A stretch of 64,000 nucleotides of DNA from the human T2T-CHM13v2.0 reference genome, Homo sapiens: assembly GCF_009914755.1 (NCBI RefSeq), contig NC_060934.1, one strand, 5' to 3'. This document shows positions 55,908 to 64,000 of the stretch, piece after piece. The position numbers were made by a program, and so were the translations under genes. The notes under the pieces were generated by a model that was not told where the DNA came from, searched no databases, and saw only the letters and a program-made list of their open reading frames with translations. Every line of letters starts with the position of its first letter. The first letter of the stretch is position 1.

Positions 55908-58900
55908 AGAATGTCTTGCTTGTGATTAAATACCATTGAGGGAAGTCCTTCTTAAAAATTTATGCATGCACGTGTGCCTGTGTGCACATGTGCAGACACA
56001 TACACACACACATATGCACACAAGCACACCAGTATATAGGGTGTTTATCCAATGATGACTAAAAAATGAGAATGCTCAGACTGACTGTTTTGGACTGAAG
56101 AGACTATCTGGAAGTCAGAGATGAGAGGAGATCCAAAAATTGTACAACTTCTCTATGAGATTAGAATACTAGAGTCATCAGTGTGAAGGCATAGCCTCTA
56201 GGGTCTCACTAGCCCAACACCTCTGCATTATCAGAGTTATTCTATAACTGAAATGCCAAAGGAGAGCCAATTCCTCTCCAGTGGAAGATTCTCCTGCAGG
56301 TGAGTATAGGAAGGGTAACTGTTACCACTCAGACATCATTTGATCACCCAATGACATTTCCTCCAATGGCCAGGCCACCCAACAGTAGGTATGTCTTTAT
56401 TAAATTGATAGCGTTCCCCACCTTTTAACTACCCACATAATGAGCAAATAGAATACCAATCCAAGCCAGGTCTTTTCTTCTTCTCTCTTTTCTCTTTCTC
56501 CTTCAATTCTCTCTTCTCTGTTCTAGGTTTCTTCCAAATTTATTGTTTGTCATTTGTTTTTCCCTGTGATTTCCATGTTTGATGTTTTTTCAAGTATCTG
56601 ATCATCTTTGACTCCTTGCTTTTATATAAGTGGGTCTGTTAAAAGTAGATTAGACTCTCCTTATGCTTGGGTGGGATTTATTGATTCTGAGCTTCACTGA
56701 AATATTCTCATTTGCGGGACAATCCCCTATCTCAGTTTCGTTAAGTCTTTTATTCTTAGGATGATGAGATACTATCATGCAAAATTATTTTATTCTCCTA
56801 CCTGAATTATTTAGCCTTTGCTTCTAGCATTCTATGTCATTTGAGCAATGACGTAGAGTCAGCATATTCACTACGTAAATTTCCATTTTATCCCCATGTT
56901 GAGTATTTAACTTGTACTTTCCATTCTTCCCTCTGAACTCCACTATAGAGACCTTCTGTTTATGCTCTTTAGATAATAAATCTCCAAAACTGAGAGAATA
57001 AGAGGGGAAGTCATTCAGGTTTCTGAGTAGAGAGAGAAAATGAGTCCAAATGCTTTGCAAACAGACCTTGAAATAATCCTCCTATTATTTTCCATACCTG
57101 TGTTCATTTATGCCTTTAAAAAGTGCTAACCTGTACCAATTCCCAGGCCTTTTGGGGTGTCTATGAGGTAAACAATTTGACTTTACCCATTATTAAGTTA
57201 GGATTTAACTTTCCTGCACACGCTAATTCCATCGCGCTCGTTATCTTCTTTCTGATTTCCAATTTTTTTTCTATTCTCTCTTCTTATACAGGACTGTCTT
57301 TGTCAAAATAAGCATCCAAAAAATCCTTTTCTCTCACTTTTGTGTGGTTTCTTGAGGGAACTGACATAAACGTGTCCGTTCAAATGTGTCTGTCAAACCA
57401 CCATTTTAAACCAAAAGTCTCAATCTGACTTTTCTTCGGAAAGAATTCCCACAACATTGGCAAACACATCAGCGTTTTAAGCTCAGAGAAATGGTGGGAC
57501 TACAGTCATGCATTTCCCACAGTGTCAAGTTATGACATCAGAAAATATGATCAATTCAAAGATGCTCTTGTCTGTTATCCTGTAATATTTCCCAGAAGCC
57601 TTAGTTAATATAGAGTTCATGGATCTTTTCATACCAGAAAGTGTAATCTCAGAGGGGAGATGCTTGAGTTACAGGAATAGTGATTAAATCCTGTGCCATA
57701 CACTATCACTATCTTGAAAATTGAAATTATGAGGCACCAGCTGTTGGCTCTATTTCTCATAAATGCAAAAGTGCACATTAATGTCCCTGGAATATAAAAT
57801 GCTACATGATGCAGGGCAGAAATGTCAGTGAATATATATGCATGATTTTTAATCTTTTTCATTCAGTGCAGACACTTCCTCTGAAGTACATTTGACATTA
57901 TTTCTTAAATAACTTCATGTTGTGGTCAGTATAAATGCTTTGAAGTTGAACGTTCTAGATAGATTTTAAATATTTTGTTATTATAATAGGATTTCTTACC
58001 ACAGGACTAAAAAGTGAAACTGGGGTCTAGCTGTGTGATCTTTACAATTCTGCTCAATCCCAGCAAATAGCTATTATTTCTATAGAAAAATATTCTCAGA
58101 ATTTTGTTTCAGCATTTAAAACAACATCTGTTTGAACTTTTTAAATTTTCATTTTAAATTGATTCTTCTGACTTCGTGAAAACAACAAACCACATCTGTC
58201 CAATCTTCAGTCTCCAGGAGTCAAATCTTCAAATTATACTTTTTTCCAGCTGCCAGTAAGTATCAGTGAGCAAGAAGCCAAGTAGTAGAGGTCAAGTGTT
58301 AGAGGTGCTTTTTTATTGACTATTGTTTTCTGGTAAGATCTACACTGGCTCTACTATTTATGAAAATAAATACTAAGAGATAAATAAAAAGTGGCCAAAT
58401 ACAACTTTTTCACTGTTTTAAGAAACTAAATACAGTTGCTTTAGTGCAAAGTCTCTACAGGATAGGAACTTATTATCAACATTAGTAATACTAAAATTAA
58501 TCTCTATAAAGGTGGAATTGCAACTTGAAAAATGAGCTAAAACTATAGGAACTAATGAAATTACCTCAGTAGGATTCCACTTTAATGCCTTTGAGGATCA
58601 CAGCAGATAACAAATGTAATTCCATTTAAGTTACAGTTAAATAAGGCAAATATTAGCAAACTATATAATCTACAAATATTGTGAAAACATGTTCTGATAA
58701 AGTGGTATGATATGCAACAAGTTCAAAACAAGGATTTTCAAAAGGTTAATGTTATCTATCAGTCTGACTTCTCTTGATCTGGACATTAATTATGGATTTT
58801 TTAACAGGTTGTTTATTTGTCTTTGTTTGGTTTTTATATTTACCTTTATTAATATTATCCTGAAGGTACATATGAGGTGTTCTGAATCAAGACACATTAT

Positions 58901-60485
58901 CGTTGTTTACCTAAAAAAAAAACACTGCACATTCTTCATATCCCAATCCTTACCCCTAGAACAATTCAATGAAAACCATGTCAATACTACACATATAAAT
59001 GTCAAAGTCTATATTACAGATGAGGACTGGAGAAAATTGGACTTTATCTCCCTATATACATGGGGAAAAGACAATTGCCTCATTTACCTTTATTGAAATC
59101 AGAGAGGAAACCTTTGCTCTTGGGAGTCTGGATGAAAAGTATCCTGAAATCTCACTCTAAAATTTTTGAATATAAATACGTATCTCCAATGGCCAGATTC
59201 ACCTGGTGTGTCTGACTTTTCTGACCTACAGATGTCACCAAGATCTGAGACACATTTTTCCTTGAGAGGTAAACACATACCTCTGGAGTTAGGGAAATTT
59301 GTCTGGAGTTTTCTCACTATCTACACAGTCATAAATTAATTTCCCAAGGCTTGCTCTTATCTTAGGATCCAAAATTTTCAACAAAATTTATTCAAAAAGC
59401 TCCAACTCTACACAAACACAAAAATATTTCCTCTCTATTCCACCCACTGGCTAGCTCCAATTACTGGCACTATGAACTTTCTTTGAGGGTTACCTGTAGT
59501 GATTCTCACACAAGTATAAACAGGAAGATATAATCCATCCCTTAGAAAATCCAGATTGTAAATATGCATGGCATATTTCATAAACATCATTAACAAAAAG
59601 TTGTTTTTACTTAACACAAAAGCAAATGTCATCTAATTTATCTTAACATAGAAGAGTGCCAGACTTCAGAAAGGAATTTGTAGAACAATGGATGATGTTG
59701 CTAGAGACTTTTCCAAGTTTCCACCAGCATACTTTTCTCACTACCTTTGAATCAGCTAATTTCTTCCTTTCACATAAATTAGACAATGACATGCTTTTTC
59801 TTTCATTTTTCTTTTTACAATTAGCTTATTTCTGAATTTGTCACAACTATGACATTTTCAAAACAACTAACATACCTTTACTTTAATTAAGACTTGAAGG
59901 ATTATTTCTGATCTTGTAGCAGTTCATTATCTTTTTCAAATTTCTATTTATCTAAAAATTATATTTTCTAAGCTTCATAAAACCAAATTTACATTAAAAT
60001 ACAATTTATTTTGTGGGAAACAGACAATTCTTTAAAAGCATGGTTTAGTTCAGCTTTAAGTGCAGAGCTACAGGATTATGTCAACCATATGAAATGGAGC
60101 ATTTCTATTAAATACAATATATTTCTTCATAATGATATCCATATGCCAATTGAGAGTGATTACTTCTAATTTATGATTTATCAAACTAATCAGTTTAGTC
60201 TCTGAGAAAGACTCAGTGGTAACAATCTAGAAAAAAACACAAATTATGTAGTTTTTCAAAAGGTTATATTTCATAGAAAATACAGAAAATGCTAAATTAT
60301 GAAGTATATAGAGAACAATAAATATTTTGGCTATTATTTATGCAAATTGATCTACCATAATTCTAATTTTATCTTCAGGTACATATAACATTTGAAAGCA
60401 ATTAAGTTCCTTGATGTAAATTTAATTAGTCTAATCCTAATTTCTTAAGTAAATATACCAGCTGAAAATAATAACATTTCTATAA

Positions 60486-61497
<1,012 letters not shown>

Positions 61498-61500
<3 letters not shown>

Positions 61501-61746
61501 TCCAGTAAGGGAGAAAGATGTAGGATGGGAACCTAGGCCTATCTCTCCTTTTCACTTTTTTCTGCCTTCTTTATATTTGCTGGAAGATGATTAGATTGTG
61601 CCCACCGGATTAAGGGTGGATCTGCCTTCCCCAGCCCACTGACTAAAATGTTAATCTCTTTTGACAACACCCACACAGACACACACAGGATCAATACTTT
61701 GTATTCCTCCACCCAATCAAGTTGACACTCAGTATTAACCATCACA
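61498..61746 (-). mobile_element. MLT2A (HERVL) LTR 5' half
   Basis: GATTAAGGGTGGATCTGCCTTCCCCAGCCCACTGAC...CAAGTTGACACTCAGTATTAACCATCACA. Confidence 0.9.
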
Positions 61747-62529
61747 GAGCCCAAGCTAAGTAAGACATTATCTTAGCAAATGTGCTAACCTAATCTGCAT
61801 CTTTATGGCCAGCAGCAACTTTTACACAACAAATTTCCAGATAATTACATCTGAGGCTTCTTAAATTTCTGTAGCCAGACTTTTGAATATTCACAGTCAT
61901 ATTCAATATTCAATTTTTTAAATAGTATATTCAAGCTTACTTTGTGACCCATAGACCAATCAGTAGCTCAGCTTCACTTCCTTGTTGGTGAACCATTCAT
62001 TCAACACACAATTGGAATCTTAAATCATTTTTGTTTTGATTTTTTTATGATTCTCGTTTTTCCATTTTTCTCACTAGTTTTTGGTGTTGTTGTCACTGAG
62101 AAACTTCAACAACTTGTTTTTCTATTTCCTTAAAATACATGAGTTCATATTTTTCACATTATATCCTTTAGTTAGATACTTTGTTTTATCCTTCATTTAT
62201 AAAATTTTTCAGGAAGACTTATTATAATCATAATCAAACTTTGGCAGTAACTCCACTTTCTGCACTGTTGTTTATAACAGATGTTTCATTTACTTTATCA
62301 CCATAGACCATGGGGAGTAGTGGTAGGTCTAACACTTGTTTACTTGTTGAAATTTTAATCTCATTGCAATTAAACTCAAAATCACCAAAAAATAATAATA
62401 AAATATCTGTGAACAGCAAATGGAAGAGATAGCTGTCCATTCCAGTCTAGTTCTGTTGTCCATTGAGTTTTATTATTAAGCTTATAAGAAAAAAATGTAC
62501 TATAGAGCTTTTCAGAATTGTGGAGTTGT

Positions 62530-62700
62530 ATTCATTTATTTATGAGGCAGGCATTATAATTATCTCCTTTTTACAGATGAAGAAACAGAGTAATAGAAAA
62601 ATTAAGTAAATTCCCTTTTTCATACATATAGTGTTGGGAGTAGAGACAGACTTAAAACTTGGGCAGTCTGACTCCACAACCCTTACTATTAACCTCTCTA
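62530..62700 (-). mobile_element. MIR
   Basis: ATTATCTCCTTTTTACAGATGAAGAAACAGAG...GGCAGTCTGACTCCA. Confidence 0.75.
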
Positions 62701-63830
62701 CTAGATTGTCCCTCTATGCATTTTGACTTCTCTGTTTTCTTTTGTTGCCTCTTTATCATGTTCTTTATTTAGCCTATTTGTGGCTCAAGAAAGTGACATT
62801 ATTACCTTTCACTACCCTCATGAAAGTGATTTAGGATATCATAACATTCAAGACAGGATTGATTGAATTCTGTAGAACAACCAATTATTTATCATTTAGC
62901 CCCCCAAAAAACAGTCAGTTTGGGCTTAACTTCCATTTATGAACTTAGATATCTAAGTTTGATTCTCAAAGTTTTGTGTGTATGAAAATATAGACATATT
63001 AGTTATGACTTAGGAAGTAAATAGAAATATGATACAAATGAGTCTTACAAATAAAGCTTAGAATGGGAGAATGAGGAGGAGGTTGGTATCTTTTGCCTGT
63101 TTTACAAATCAGAAAGTAAAAATAGGATTTGATGACAACAACATAGGCATACAATATATTTTCTTCTTTCACTAGCCGATGAGAACTTCCTTAGTCATTC
63201 TTTATACTTTTTTCTTAATGTAAATATGACAAGCCCAACACGCAAAAACACAAAATACTATGTGTATACCTTGCCACACAATAAACTTCATTGATCTGAA
63301 ATGTAACTTCTATGTATTTAAACTCTCTAAACACTTGGATTTCTAGGTCTTGTTGAAGTGTTTGTCTGTATTTTAGGAATGGAAACATACTGTCTAAACT
63401 TCAAACTTGTGTATGTTGCGTGTGTGTTTTAGAACATATTAGCCTTCAAAGACTATTCTTGTAAACCTTCTGCTATTGCACAATGGCAGCACATGTTTTC
63501 ATGAAAAAGCATGTTTGATGGAAAGTGGACTGAACTAGAATTGGGTTCTCATTTTTATGCCTAATACTGACACCAACTAGCTATGGGACCCTCACTCAAA
63601 CTACCTGAGCTACTTGGATAATAATACATGTAATGTGATTTCATTTTATTAAAAAGAAAGCTTGTTTACAAAATATAATAAAATATAATGTGTTACAGTT
63701 ATTACAATAATGATATGTACCTTATACATCATTTGGAAAATACATGAAAGCAAAAATTAAATCTTTTTAATAAAACAGAAATCCGAGATCATTAATAGAA
63801 AATTAGAGTGCAATAATATTTTTGTATGTC

Positions 63831-64000
63831 TGTCCTAGTCATTTCAAGCTGCCATGACAAAATACCATAGACTGGATCACTTAAACAACATATAGTTACT
63901 TCTCACAGTTCTGGAGGGTGAGAGTTCCAAGATCAAGGTGCTAGCCTATTTGGTTCTCTGGTGAAGACCCTCTTCCTGGCATACAGTTGGCCACCTCCTC
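63831..64000 (-). mobile_element. MST/MLT1A-type LTR running off the window
   Basis: TGTCCTAGTC...ACAAAATACCATAGACTGG...TCTCACAGTTCTGGAGG...CCAAGATCAAGGTG. Confidence 0.8.

Noticed and set aside
59085-59545. Minus-strand donor-like sites (AAG|GTAAAT, CAG|GTAACC)
   Set aside because: No convincing paired acceptor and no recognisable peptide

Overview
AT-rich primate genomic DNA, almost certainly human (it carries an AluYb8), intronic or intergenic, and dominated by interspersed repeats: Alu, L1, L2, MIR, MaLR/ERV1/ERVL LTRs and DNA transposons. I recognise no protein-coding gene, RNA gene, CpG island or novel biological system, and I cannot name the locus. The listed ORFs are either L1 ORF2/Alu remnants or chance ORFs. 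The most interesting signals are: (1) a ~94-bp inverted templated insertion inside an MLT1 LTR, copied from ~900 bp away; (2) a possible orphan serial 3' transduction at ~51.2-51.6 kb; (3) two very young Alus (Yb8, Ye-lineage) with perfect TSDs; (4) a twin-primed L1PA; (5) an LTR12 promoter nested in a THE1/MST LTR; (6) a well-formed candidate terminal exon at 49.4-49.7 kb and a few micro-exon candidates. Subfamily calls come from remembered consensus sequences, not from a RepeatMasker run, and boundaries of old elements are approximate.
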